From Setoptus koraiensis (Eukaryota; Animalia; Arthropoda): a stretch of 64,000 nucleotides of DNA. The notes under the pieces are model-generated. The model saw only the letters and a list, made by a program, of their open reading frames with translations, made no database searches and was not told where the DNA came from. Position 1 is the stretch's first letter, and the number at the start of each line of letters is the position of its first letter. Positions 16,607 through 27,087 of this stretch are shown piece after piece. The translations under genes were made by a program, and so were the position numbers. The DNA is taken from assembly GCA_048013815.1 (NCBI GenBank), contig CM106585.1, forward strand, positions 22,196,001-22,260,000, in the 5' to 3' direction.

Positions 16607-18682
16607 ATGTTGGACTTTTTCGTAATATTCAGCAAATCTGGCATAGTGTTATTTGCCACTGTCCAGGGTCCCATCACCAGCATGGTCAACGGACTGATCA
16701 AGCATATTCTAGAGGAACAATTGGGACAATTTCAAGCGGACAGACTACAATTGAAATACAAAATGGACAACGAGTTCCATTTGGTCTTTGTGGCTGGCTA
16801 TCAAAAAATGCTAACGCTCTCCTATGTGGACAAATTCTTGGACGACGTTCAGCTGGCCTTCAGAGACAAATTCTCTGATTTCGATCTGAGAAAATTGCTC
16901 ATGCGGAAGAGGCCCACAAACCGTAAAACATTGAAGCCAGCCTCAGATGGTTCTACACGGGGCAATTTGAGTGCCGAGAATCTTTTGTTGGATGCAGAGC
17001 ACAATTTGATTGATTTTCATAGTGAATTTATTCGAATGTATCGCAAGGTTTGCCTGGAAAACCACCAAAACAACATTCCCAAACAGGCTGCTATGAGAAC
17101 ATTCCAAGATAGTTCCAAATCGAAAAAGACTGTGTCGTCCCTGTTTGTTAATACAAACAACAAGAACAACGCCAATGGCAAGGAGGCCCCCGTTGCCGCT
17201 GCAACAAACAAAAGAGCGTCCGATTTGGCAGCGCAAGATCTGCTTATGGCCAATAATCACAAGAAACTGTCAGACGTCATAGAGGAGGATGTACAGCAAC
17301 AACAGGAGATCAACAATAAACAGAAGGCAACTAACGAGCCCGCTAATAAGTCATCCTCGGCAATGCTCACCAGAATCATGGGCGGCAAACCTGGTGGAGA
17401 GCCAGTTAAGAAAAAGGTAAAACAAGCCGCTTCTAATGCTCAGGCCGACGCCAAGAAAAAGGGCAAAGCCGCCCGAAAATGGGACTTGTCTGGCTCTAAT
17501 CCGGATGATTTCGATTTTAGCAAGAAGCCCACAGATGATCAACCTGCCTCAAGCAAAGACAATGTCTCTTCGATTGCAAAAAATGTTGCTAGCGTCAGTT
17601 TAGCCAAGCAAGATATTGAGACTAATCTAGATATGACAGATAGTGAGACCTCCGACGAAGAGGTGGACGAAAGTGTGTATGACCAAGAAGGCGAAGATAG
17701 CAAACAGAAGAGCGGCCCATCTTATTTGGGCTCTATTTGGAAGACTATTTCATACAATAAGGCTCTCACCCAAGATGATCTTAAGCCGATTCTTGAACAA
17801 TTACAAGAGCATCTGACTGCCAAGAATGTGGCATCAGAAATCGCGGAGAAATTGTGCGAAAGTGTTGGCCAAAAACTAGAGGGCCAACAAGTTAATACTT
17901 GGATAGGCTTGAAAGGCTTTGTTAGAAAATCTCTAGAAGAATCTGTTTTGCGAATACTTAGCCCAAATAGATCCGTGAATGTGCTGCACGAAATCCAAAC
18001 AAAACGCAACTTGCCATATGTCATTGTGTTCTGTGGAGTCAATGGTGTGGGAAAATCAACGAATTTGGCGAAGATTGCAAATTGGCTTATTACTAACAAA
18101 ATTAGAGTTCTGATTGTGGCATGTGATACATTCAGAGCCGGAGCCATTGAACAATTGAGGACTCATGTTCAGGCATTGAAGTCGCTACACGAGTTAGATG
18201 ATGAAGTCGAGGCTAGTATCGAGCTATTTGAGCGTGGATATGGCAAAGATAGTGCCGCAATTGCGATGGAGGCCATCAATTATGCAAGATCTCGCAAATA
18301 CAATTGTGTTATGGTTGATACAGCTGGTCGAATGCAAGATAATGAGCCATTGATGAAACAATTGGCAAAATTAATCAAGATAAATGCTCCTGATTTGACT
18401 TTGTTCGTTGGAGAGGCCTTGGTGGGAAATGAGGCAGTGGATCAGCTGACTAAATTCAACAACTCATTACTAGATGCAGGTTGCCGAGCCCAAAACTCAA
18501 CCAGATCAGCTATCAATGGTATTGTGCTAACAAAATTCGACACAATTGACGATCAAGTAGGAGCAGCAATATCTATGACGTACGTAACAGGTCAACCTAT
18601 AGTATTTGTTGGTGTTGGTCAGACTTACAAGGATCTAAAACAATTGGACGCCAAAGCGGTGACAAAAGCGCTTATGCGATAA
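16607..18682 (+). CDS. SRPRA: Signal recognition particle receptor alpha subunit, intronless
   Basis: Canonical start MLDFFVIFSKSG (ATG at 16607, not the GTG at 16601). SRX domain plus NG GTPase motifs GVNGVGKSTNLAKI, ACDTFRAGA, DTAGR, TKFDTIDD, GQTYKDL. Confidence 0.97.
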   Translation: MLDFFVIFSKSGIVLFATVQGPITSMVNGLIKHILEEQLGQFQADRLQLKYKMDNEFHLVFVAGYQKMLTLSYVDKFLDDVQLAFRDKFSDFDLRKLLMRKRPTNRKTLKPASDGSTRGNLSAENLLLDAEHNLIDFHSEFIRMYRKVCLENHQNNIPKQAAMRTFQDSSKSKKTVSSLFVNTNNKNNANGKEAPVAAATNKRASDLAAQDLLMANNHKKLSDVIEEDVQQQQEINNKQKATNEPANKSSSAMLTRIMGGKPGGEPVKKKVKQAASNAQADAKKKGKAARKWDLSGSNPDDFDFSKKPTDDQPASSKDNVSSIAKNVASVSLAKQDIETNLDMTDSETSDEEVDESVYDQEGEDSKQKSGPSYLGSIWKTISYNKALTQDDLKPILEQLQEHLTAKNVASEIAEKLCESVGQKLEGQQVNTWIGLKGFVRKSLEESVLRILSPNRSVNVLHEIQTKRNLPYVIVFCGVNGVGKSTNLAKIANWLITNKIRVLIVACDTFRAGAIEQLRTHVQALKSLHELDDEVEASIELFERGYGKDSAAIAMEAINYARSRKYNCVMVDTAGRMQDNEPLMKQLAKLIKINAPDLTLFVGEALVGNEAVDQLTKFNNSLLDAGCRAQNSTRSAINGIVLTKFDTIDDQVGAAISMTYVTGQPIVFVGVGQTYKDLKQLDAKAVTKALMR

Positions 18683-18781
18683 TGTAACAATGATAAGCTT
18701 ATATTATAGGTAAATTGAAGGATATCTCTATTCATTCAGCAATTATTAATTCTCGTTCAAACAATGTATAGAAATCATTAT

Positions 18782-19118
18782 ATCAAAGAATACAATACAT
18801 GAGGCCATCATCTTGGCATTCTCGAATAGTTTTCTCATCTAAGCTGCTGTATCATTGATCTATTACGATAGCAACTGCGGTCCTTTGATGCTATCGAAAT
18901 TATAAGCTCTCCCAGTTGACAATGCATGGAGGCTACCAGGCGGTCGGTATGGTAATGCCTCTCCATCGTGTTGATATTTTTCAAGCACAAAAAGAAAGGC
19001 CTCATCTCGTTGACTTAGATCAAAATAATTAAACAATATCACTTTTTTAATATATAAATCGATTTTGTTCCGACGCTGATGTATTTACAGATCATACCTC
19101 GGTTAGTCGATGACTAGT
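18782..19118 (-). pseudogene. Degenerate inverted fragment of the AFG2-like ATPase
   Basis: Minus translation YIKKVILFNYFDLSQRDEAFLFVLEKYQHDGE matches YIKKEIPFYYFNQNQRVEALVVLLKKYQQDEE. It is joined to [54 protein letters not shown], matching D2 [45 protein letters not shown]. Stops and deletions present. Match at 19055-19118 is weaker. Confidence 0.9.
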
Positions 19119-19740
19119 GAGTTCGATTCTCCGCACGAAAGACCACACTATGCTGATCTAGATTCAACTGAAATACCAATAATGCTTGATGCTACAGAGG
19201 TTCGGTTCGATTGCAAAGATTGCTAAGACGACCCACAGGAAGACAAAGAAATCTTCTGTTGATCTCGAGCTCGAGCCTCAGCCATCTGAGGAAGATGTCG
19301 AACCCACTGTCGAGTCTCTCGCACTTGATGTCGAGCCGCAGCAAGACGTCGCTGACGATCTGGAGATTGATATTAGCACAGGTCTAAGAAAGAAGAAGAA
19401 GGTGCCCAAGAAGACGAAGAAATCTTCTACAGAGCTCGAACTAGAGCCTCAGCCATCTGAGGAAGATGTCGAACCCACTGTCGAGTCTCTCGCACTTGAC
19501 GTCGAGCCGCAGCAAGACGTCGCTGACGATCTGGAGATTGATATTAGCACAGGTCTAAGAAAGAAGAAGAAGGTGCCCAAGAAAACAAAGGAATCTTCTG
19601 TTGATCTCGAACTCGAGCCTCAGCCATCTGACCGAGGTGCCTTGAGGTCGAGCCACAGCAAGACGGCGCCTATGATCTGAAGATTGATATTGCAACAGGT
19701 CGGATGAATTAAAGATGCTTCACAAGAAGACCAAAAATTT
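19119..19740 (+). pseudogene. Inverted fragment of the titin-like gene: diverged pre-array flank plus ~2.5 near-intact repeat units plus a decayed unit
   Basis: 19238-19630 is the reverse complement of the 171-bp unit. 19119-19202 (EFDSPHERPHYADLDS...ATEV) aligns without gaps to 3421-3338 (ELDSVQKRPIDVNRDS...AAEI) at about 49/84 nt. Confidence 0.85.
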
Positions 19741-19919
19741 CGCAGGGTGATGGCTTGAATGTTGTTTCATTGAACTATTGAATAACACTTGTAGATTCGT
19801 GCGTGGGACACGTAAGATTGATAGTATTTTAGATAAACAGCGTTGTGGATTGCTTTGATTTGAACAAAAACTCAGCATCATTCAAACTAGTGTTGGGCCG
19901 AATTTGCGATTTGCTGGAG

Positions 19920-20053
19920 GGGGGAAGAGTCAAATTTGGCCGATACTCAAATTTGCAAAAATTATTTAGTTGGTTATTTTGTTTAATATGTTGAACTGGC
20001 TTGCCTAGTTGTAAAATTGTCAAGCGAAATTTGCCGAATCTGTCTTTTCCCCC
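19920..20053. repeat. Imperfect 21-bp inverted repeat, possible MITE remnant or hairpin
   Basis: GGGGGAAGAGTCAAATTTGGC (19920-19940) vs reverse complement of 20033-20053 GGGGGAAAAGACAGATTCGGC: 17/21 identical. Confidence 0.4.
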
Positions 20054-20984
20054 TTTTCAGATTCGACGGAGCAAAGTGCAAATTTGGTTCAACACTTACT
20101 CGAACATCATGAAGATTCCGAAGTGAATTTTTAATTCGCAGCGTGAGCATCTATGTTATACTGTGGTGCACAAGTTTAATTGAAAAACTCGCTCTTGTTT
20201 ACTAAAGTTTGTACGTCCGATATTTACTTGGATTGGTCCACAAATAAATAAAAGTGTAAAAGTAAAATTAATTTAATATTATCGCTTCATCTAAGAAGGT
20301 TCATGGCGGTTGCCGTGGAGGAGTGTGGACTTGAACAAGGCGAGCAACTTCAGCAGTAATGGGCACTTAGATCGGCTGCTGTTCGTAGAAAAGAAGGATT
20401 TTAGTCCTTTTTCGGACCATCATTATTGACTGTCATGTAATCAAAGGCCGCGCAAAATCTCATAATGTAGTAGAGATGCACGGTCACGTAAATCAGTGCC
20501 AATGTTGGCTAGTATCGAACAGGGAACATCTTCAGCTTCTTCAGTTGAAATGACGCTTTCCTTATATTTGATGCTCTTGGCTGATTTAATGGCGCGATAT
20601 CCAGATGATGCTTCTTCGAAGATGATGCTGCTCATGGTGATGGCGAACTCGATTTTCATTAGTTTGATTGTTGCCAAGGCCAAGATTGTGACTCGAGTCT
20701 CTCCTTTCTCTGGAGCATGGACAGGTATTCGACCAGTTTCTTCCCTTAGGAACAAGAATAAATAATCAAATAAACAGCAACAATAATTAATTCTCGGCGT
20801 GGCTTCACTATTTCCATTTCAATGCCGCCTTCCAGATATTAATTATTCGAATGATGGAAAGATTGTTGTGATATTGGCTTTGTTTAATGGCTAAAAATAC
20901 CACGGTGAAACATGTGAATGCTAGAAGGAAGGCTACTCCCACAAGGAAGGCCAACAATAATCATAATGGCATAATTGTGGCGAC

Positions 20985-20992
20985 TATATAAA
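20985..20992 (+). promoter_or_regulatory. TATA box of cuticle-type gene 1
   Basis: TATATAAA 170 bp upstream of the ATG; same layout as the paralog at 23552. Confidence 0.6.
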
Positions 20993-21154
20993 GGCCCTGG
21001 TACATAGAAGACACCAGCCATTGTGAAATTGTCTCTCATTTGAAACTCAATCGAATTTCTCCTAATTTATTAATTTATTAGTTTGTTCATTACGATTCGT
21101 TCGCAACAGTCCCTTTCTTTGTCGCAAATCAGCACAACAAAAACAACAAAAATC

Positions 21155-21956
21155 ATGCAACGCTCAATCGTAAGTAAGAGGCAGAATATGACGCTCATTT
21201 GGTCTTATTTGATCACCAATCATTGGGTGACCAGTCAATTAATCAATCAATTCCTATTTCTGTCCATCCAATGTCAAATGATTGCCTGATCGTTTATTGC
21301 ACAAATACAGTTCGCAGCTATCCTATTGGCCTCAGTCGTCATTGGTGTCGTGTCCGCAGCCTCATCATCCGGCTACTACGGTTACTCGCAACCAGCCTAC
21401 TCATACGGATCATATGGATCACACGGGTAAGCTCTTAGAATATCTCACATTATCTATGCTCAATTTGTGCAACATATTCATATTGCTACAATAATAAAAT
21501 TGACTCTGACGCAATCTTGTCTCGCACTGTCGCCAAACACATCACAGATACTACCCATATCAATCTAGCTACTACCAAGCTAGCCCATACGGATCCGACT
21601 ACTACCCATCTGGTCAATACGGATCCTCATACTACCCAAGCTACTACTCGGCTGCCTCGCCAGCTTTGTCCCGCTACTATTCTAGTGCCTCAGTCGCTGC
21701 ACCAAGCTACTACTCTAGTGCCTCGGTTGCCGCGCCAAGCTACTACTCTAGCGCTTCGCCCGCTGTATCAAGCTACTCAGCACCAGTTGCTGCTGTTGTA
21801 GCTCCTGTTGTGTCACCTGTTGTTAGAGAGCACTCAACTAGAGAATATGCTGCTCCAGCGGCCGTACCTGTTGTTTCTAGCTCGTTGGGAGCCTATGTAG
21901 CGCCTGCCCCTCCAGCAGCCTACAACCCATCATACTGTAGTACCATAGCCTGCTAG
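21155..21956 (+). CDS. Secreted Tyr/Ser/Ala/Pro-rich cuticle-type protein, 179 aa; join(21155..21169,21311..21426,21548..21956)
   Basis: GT-AG introns give an open frame: MQRSI|FAAILLASVVIGVVSAA (signal peptide), then YYGYSQPAY..., repeated SYYSSASVAAP, YAAPAAVP. Confidence 0.8.
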
Positions 21957-23551
21957 CGTGCCAGCACCATCGCAAGCAGTGTACCGAGCTTAGATTGATC
22001 AATTAATTATTTTCAAAAATAAATTAATCAAATCAACGACTAACCGACCGGAAAGCTAAAAATGAATGTCAATGTTTGAAATTTCTGTCATAATGTGTGA
22101 GACACAAATGAACACAATGTAAGATCGCCACCATGATCCTATTCAATAAAAGCATCTAAAAAAATCAATCGAACTTGCCCGAAATCTTTACTTCCTTCGA
22201 ATTGTAATTTTGTTTCGCGTGAGAGTGCTCAGCTGTATAGCATCTATTGATTATTCAATGCATTCAAACGCGAAACCTTCGCGAAATCTCCGACAAACAA
22301 GGTTCAACGAACTCTCCATTGGTCAGCCTTCTCAACGCACTTGGAAACTACGGTGAAATAGTGAAAGTTTATGCAGTGCAACAGCTGTTGTTGTGGCTCA
22401 AGTTCAAGTTAGCTAGCCAGAGGTCAAATTCGAAGTTAAATGAGCACCTTTCAGTGCTTCCGTGTTTGCGAAACAACAACAACAACAACATCTCGCAAAC
22501 TGGACATAAACATCAATAGAATTTGTGTCTTCTCTCTCTCCGTCAGCAACTGACCCAAGGAAACACTCTGGACACATCTAGCATGCATGATACCAAGTAG
22601 TATTAATTTTTCATGCCGATCTGGTTTTGTGTCCGATTCAGCGCTAAAAATAAACATCTCCACTTCGATGTTGGTACTCTCTTGGTGCAGCTCAGGAATG
22701 CGGAAGAGGGGGAAAGTTGTAGCAACTAGTGCGGTCGTTATCGGGATGAGTTGTTTGTCGGATAGGAGAAGCAGTAACAACAACTTGTTGTCTGTCTCTT
22801 CCTCATTACTTTCTAACAACCACTGGGCTGTTTCATCTAGACTGCATCCCAGAAACAACAACATTTATAAATGAGTATCAAGATTGTTGATTAGATAATA
22901 GTTGAACTTGAACTCTATTGAATCATCTAAATGGTCAGACATAAAAAAAGAATTAATTCATCATTCGTTGCCGTGCATACTTAAACAATAAAATTATCGC
23001 TAGTTAGTTGATTGCGTCGGTTTTTCTTTCTCTCTGTTTGGCCTTCCTGTTTGTGTGTAAAGTAGCTTGCTAAAATTTCATCAATCAACTATGGACAAAT
23101 TCAGGTTCTTAAGCATAATTAAATTTATGTCTAGAGCATGGGAAATTTTCTACGGGTGGGTGTAACTTTTCTCGAATCTTCAGATTTATTTCCAGATAGC
23201 AAGCATAACTATATTTCTAAATATAGCTATGTTCTAGTTGTGACCATTCAGCTAAACTTGTTCCGGTATCTCATTTCCTCAATTAAATCCAATCGAGGAA
23301 GAAGACGGAGAGAGTTAGCTCAGGGACAAGGTTATGAACAACAAAAACTTGGATCATCCTCCCGTCTGACCTAACAGTCCTACTAGAGACTCTTGTCCAC
23401 AACAACAACAACAGATCTATAGATATTTGTATGTCTAGTTTCATCATGGTATGTACATACATAAAAACGGTATAATATCCAATAACTGGGAGGAGACTTA
23501 CCGCCGATTCGACTTAGAATAATGGTAATCTCGATGCCGATCATTTCGGAC

Positions 23552-23559
23552 TATAAATA
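23552..23559 (+). promoter_or_regulatory. TATA box of cuticle-type gene 2
   Basis: TATAAATA, with TCAT ~29 bp downstream and the ATG 140 bp downstream. Confidence 0.6.
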
Positions 23560-23691
23560 GGGCTCGATATATTTGGAAGGTCATCATAATTTGAGATTTA
23601 TCAGTAAATTTCATTCAACATATCAATTGATAATCAATTAATAACAAAGCTTTCGAAGCTGTCAAACAAGCAAGTAAACGAACAAAACAAG

Positions 23692-24176
23692 ATGCACAAA
23701 TCAATCGTAAGTCAACTAATTGTTTGAATATATCTAATATATATCAAGTATATGCCCATTTCTATTCAATGGACCCTATCAACTAACATAAAATCTCTTT
23801 GAATTCAAAAACCAAATGCACCTCCAGATCATTCTCTTGGCCCTTTCTGCCTTGTTTGCCGTAGCTTCTGCCACTTTCTACGCAGCAGCACCATACTATG
23901 GACGCACCTATGGATATGGCTATGGTCCACAATACGGATACTCATCGTGAGTTATACGAAAATGACAAAATATGCCTCATAGTACTTGATTGAGATATCA
24001 CTGATCTGACAATTGTTCTCTTACCTATTTTGTTGTATCAATCGTGTAGTTCTTACTACCGATCTCCATACTATGGTAGCTCATACAACTACGGACCAAA
24101 CTACTACCCATCGTACGGCTACGGGCCAAGTTACGGAGTTGGTTTTAGCGCCGGCTTTGGACCATACCGCGCCTAA
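23692..24176 (+). CDS. Small secreted Gly/Tyr-rich protein, 86 aa; join(23692..23706,23828..23946,24050..24176)
   Basis: MHKSI|IILLALSALFAVASATFYAAAPYYGRTYGYGYGPQYGYSS|SYYRSPYYGSSYNYGPNYYPSYGYGPSYGVGFSAGFGPYRA*; canonical splice sites; absent from the ORF track. Confidence 0.85.
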
Positions 24177-25583
24177 ATAATCGACTGAAGAAAACAATAT
24201 GATAATGATATGATGATGACGATAATGATAAAGATGATGATGACGATGAGATCATCTCAACCGTATCACGATATGGTTCATAATGTGTGAACAATGATAA
24301 CGCCAGAAAACAAAGCATTTGCTGAAGACCATCACAACAAGTGGCCCAATCAAACAAAAAAGACATACGATAAACAACCAAAGTTTGATCTATCTTCATA
24401 AGCTGATTTTTTCAAGAAGATGCATCGAAATGGACTAACTTTTATCAAGTCTAGCCGACATCTTGACGACATGTTTGACAACCACCATCACTATCATCTT
24501 GAACATCACTATCCATCTAGAGAGCCATCCTCATTCAAGTCTTACACTAATTCACTAAAGTCACCACCAATCATGTCTATTAATTTAATTTAAATTAACA
24601 ATAACAACATTCAATGTCAATAAACAATAATAATTTATTTTATCAATAATTTCGTATGATTTGTCATTTTTATCTATAAACTTCTTATAATAGACAAAGG
24701 AAACTTTCCTTGTTGTCAGTGCCTTTATCGGTCAGAGAAATCAATGCGTTAATGATGTTGCTACGCTAACTGGCATTAGTGCTGGTCAAAAGTTTAAATA
24801 TGATGGAAATTAGCGTCACTGGTCCATTGTGACGTCACAATTTCATCATCCTCATTGTCTAGAGTTTTTATCCTGAACCTGTTTATTTGATCCAGTACGT
24901 CACAATTTAAGATTTCGTATCGGCCAATGACTATCGGTTTACGAATCAAATTTGTCTGGTCTTCAAAGCCTTGTCAAAGGAGTGCCTTGTGCCCCAGACT
25001 CTGGACTTGCTCAAAGTTGGTGTGCCAGGGAAAACTCCATGATTCAAGCCATAGTATCAGCCATTTTTCGGCAATCGATTTTCATCCATTTCGGACTCAG
25101 AATAGACTCAATATTGCGACAAAAATTGTCCCGACAATGATCAGCATCACGAGCAACTATGAGCTATTTTTACCGGCACCCTACTCCATCAGATTAGACT
25201 AATGAGCATGACTTTGGATCAACACATGACTTCAGCTTCCTGCCCGGACTAACTTTTTAGCCTTGAGAGAGGGGGGCCATACAAGCCGTTGAGTGTAATG
25301 GCATTCACCGATCACAAATAATCTGATAAGAAAATAATCGCCTACAAGGGGAGCCTCCTCCGTCTTCTTGGGAGTTGTCCGCAAAGAAAAATATGTTTAA
25401 ATGACGCGCCTCTCTTTCTCTCTGTTCAAGCGTGGATATTCTTTGTTTATTATTATTATGAGATTTTCCAAAGAAAATTTCATACATGAATCAAATATCA
25501 TTATGATACCGACTAAGATAATCTAGCCAGTGATCGAAAATTCACGTTCAAGTTGTAAGATCCAAACTTCTGATCGATAGGAA

Positions 25584-26634
25584 ATGGGAAAGTGTTCCAA
25601 GGACAAAAGAGATGTCTTTTATAGACTTGCAAAAGAGGAAGGATGGCGAGCGCGAAGTGCTTTTAAATTGCTTCAGATAGACGAACAGTTCAATATATTT
25701 GAAGGTGAGATACGGCCATTGTATTAATTGAGAAGAAAAAAAAACACTCAGCTCTTATTTTATCGACAAATAATCAACTCTAACTAAATTCATTTCAGGT
25801 GTTAGCAGGGCAGTAGATCTATGCGCGGCGCCGGGTAGTTGGAGTCAAGTTCTTGCAAAGCGACTCAGGTAAATCATCATATAACAATGACTTGCAATAA
25901 ATCACGAGCCTTACTTGCACTTGCTTCTAATCAAGCCTGTTGTATTTCTTTCCTTCTTCAGAGAGAACACTCAAGGTGGTCAAACAACCAAGATAATTGC
26001 TGTAGATATCCAAACGATGGCTCCCTTGGATGGCGTTGTTCAAATACAAGGAGACATCACTAATGTTGAAACAGCGGAAAAGGTTATCTCGTTATTTAAG
26101 GGTGACAAAGCTCAACTAATTGTATGCGACGGTGCACCAGACGTCACCGGACAACACGACCTAGATGAATTTATACAATCTCAATTGCTTTTGGCGGCCC
26201 TCAATATAACCACCTTTATTATTGAAAATGGTGGAACATTTGTGGCAAAAATCTTTCGAGGCAAAGATATTTCACTGATGATCACCCAATTGAGGATTTT
26301 CTTCCGACAGGTCCTAGTGGTGAAGCCTAGAAGTAGTCGCACCTCCAGTATAGAAGCATTCGTCGTATGTCTTGATTTTGCCTTACCAAAAGATTACGAA
26401 CCTCATATGTTTAGCATTTTAACTGATGTCAATTCTGATGACTACTTCAAGACGATATCCGAAAACGGTGGCCGCTCAAATACATTAATACCATTCCTAT
26501 GCTGTGGTGATCTCAATGGACTTGACCCCGATAGAACTTACCCGCTTGACAGTAAATATCAACAAAGAGACCCCGTACAAAGTCCCATAGATCCACCATA
26601 TAAGAAAGCAGTTGAACTACAGCAACAACAATAA
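25584..26634 (+). CDS. FTSJ1: tRNA (cytidine32/guanosine34-2'-O)-methyltransferase TRM7, 287 aa; join(25584..25704,25799..25868,25962..26634)
   Basis: [82 protein letters not shown]; canonical GT-AG introns. Confidence 0.97.
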
Positions 26635-27087
26635 CAAGTGATATTTCGGAACAATATTTTGCATAGCACGACGTGATTATATTCTGAACATTGTTGACGT
26701 TGTTGCAGACTCTTCAACCCCGAATATCTCGACTGGGTCCGACAATGAAATCCTCACATGTTGCAATTCCTGATCTATTGTTGAATTTAAAACCGATAGC
26801 CATCGCCTATTGCTCGCCATTGGCTTGCCTCTTATAAGAATAGCATCAATGAATGAATGAATAACTGGAACAATGCGAATTGCTTTATTATAGAGATTGT
26901 TATGCTTATAAACAGACTGATAATCTTTTGTTTAGATTAGAGATAACAAGGCCCGACGACCTCGTTTCTCTCTATGAAATATATATCTATTCAACAATAG
27001 TAGTTTTGATAATAATTAATGTTGTTAATGTGTTGCTTTCGATAAGAAATATGATAAGTTAGGTAAAGATAATAATAAAATTGTAGA

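Noticed and set aside
22247-23374. ORFs between the two cuticle-type genes
   Set aside because: Low-complexity and overlapping, with no signal peptide or similarity to neighbouring genes.
24925-26805. Inverted AAACCGATAG(T/C)CAT match flanking FTSJ1
   Set aside because: Only 13/14 bp and no TSD; compatible with chance.
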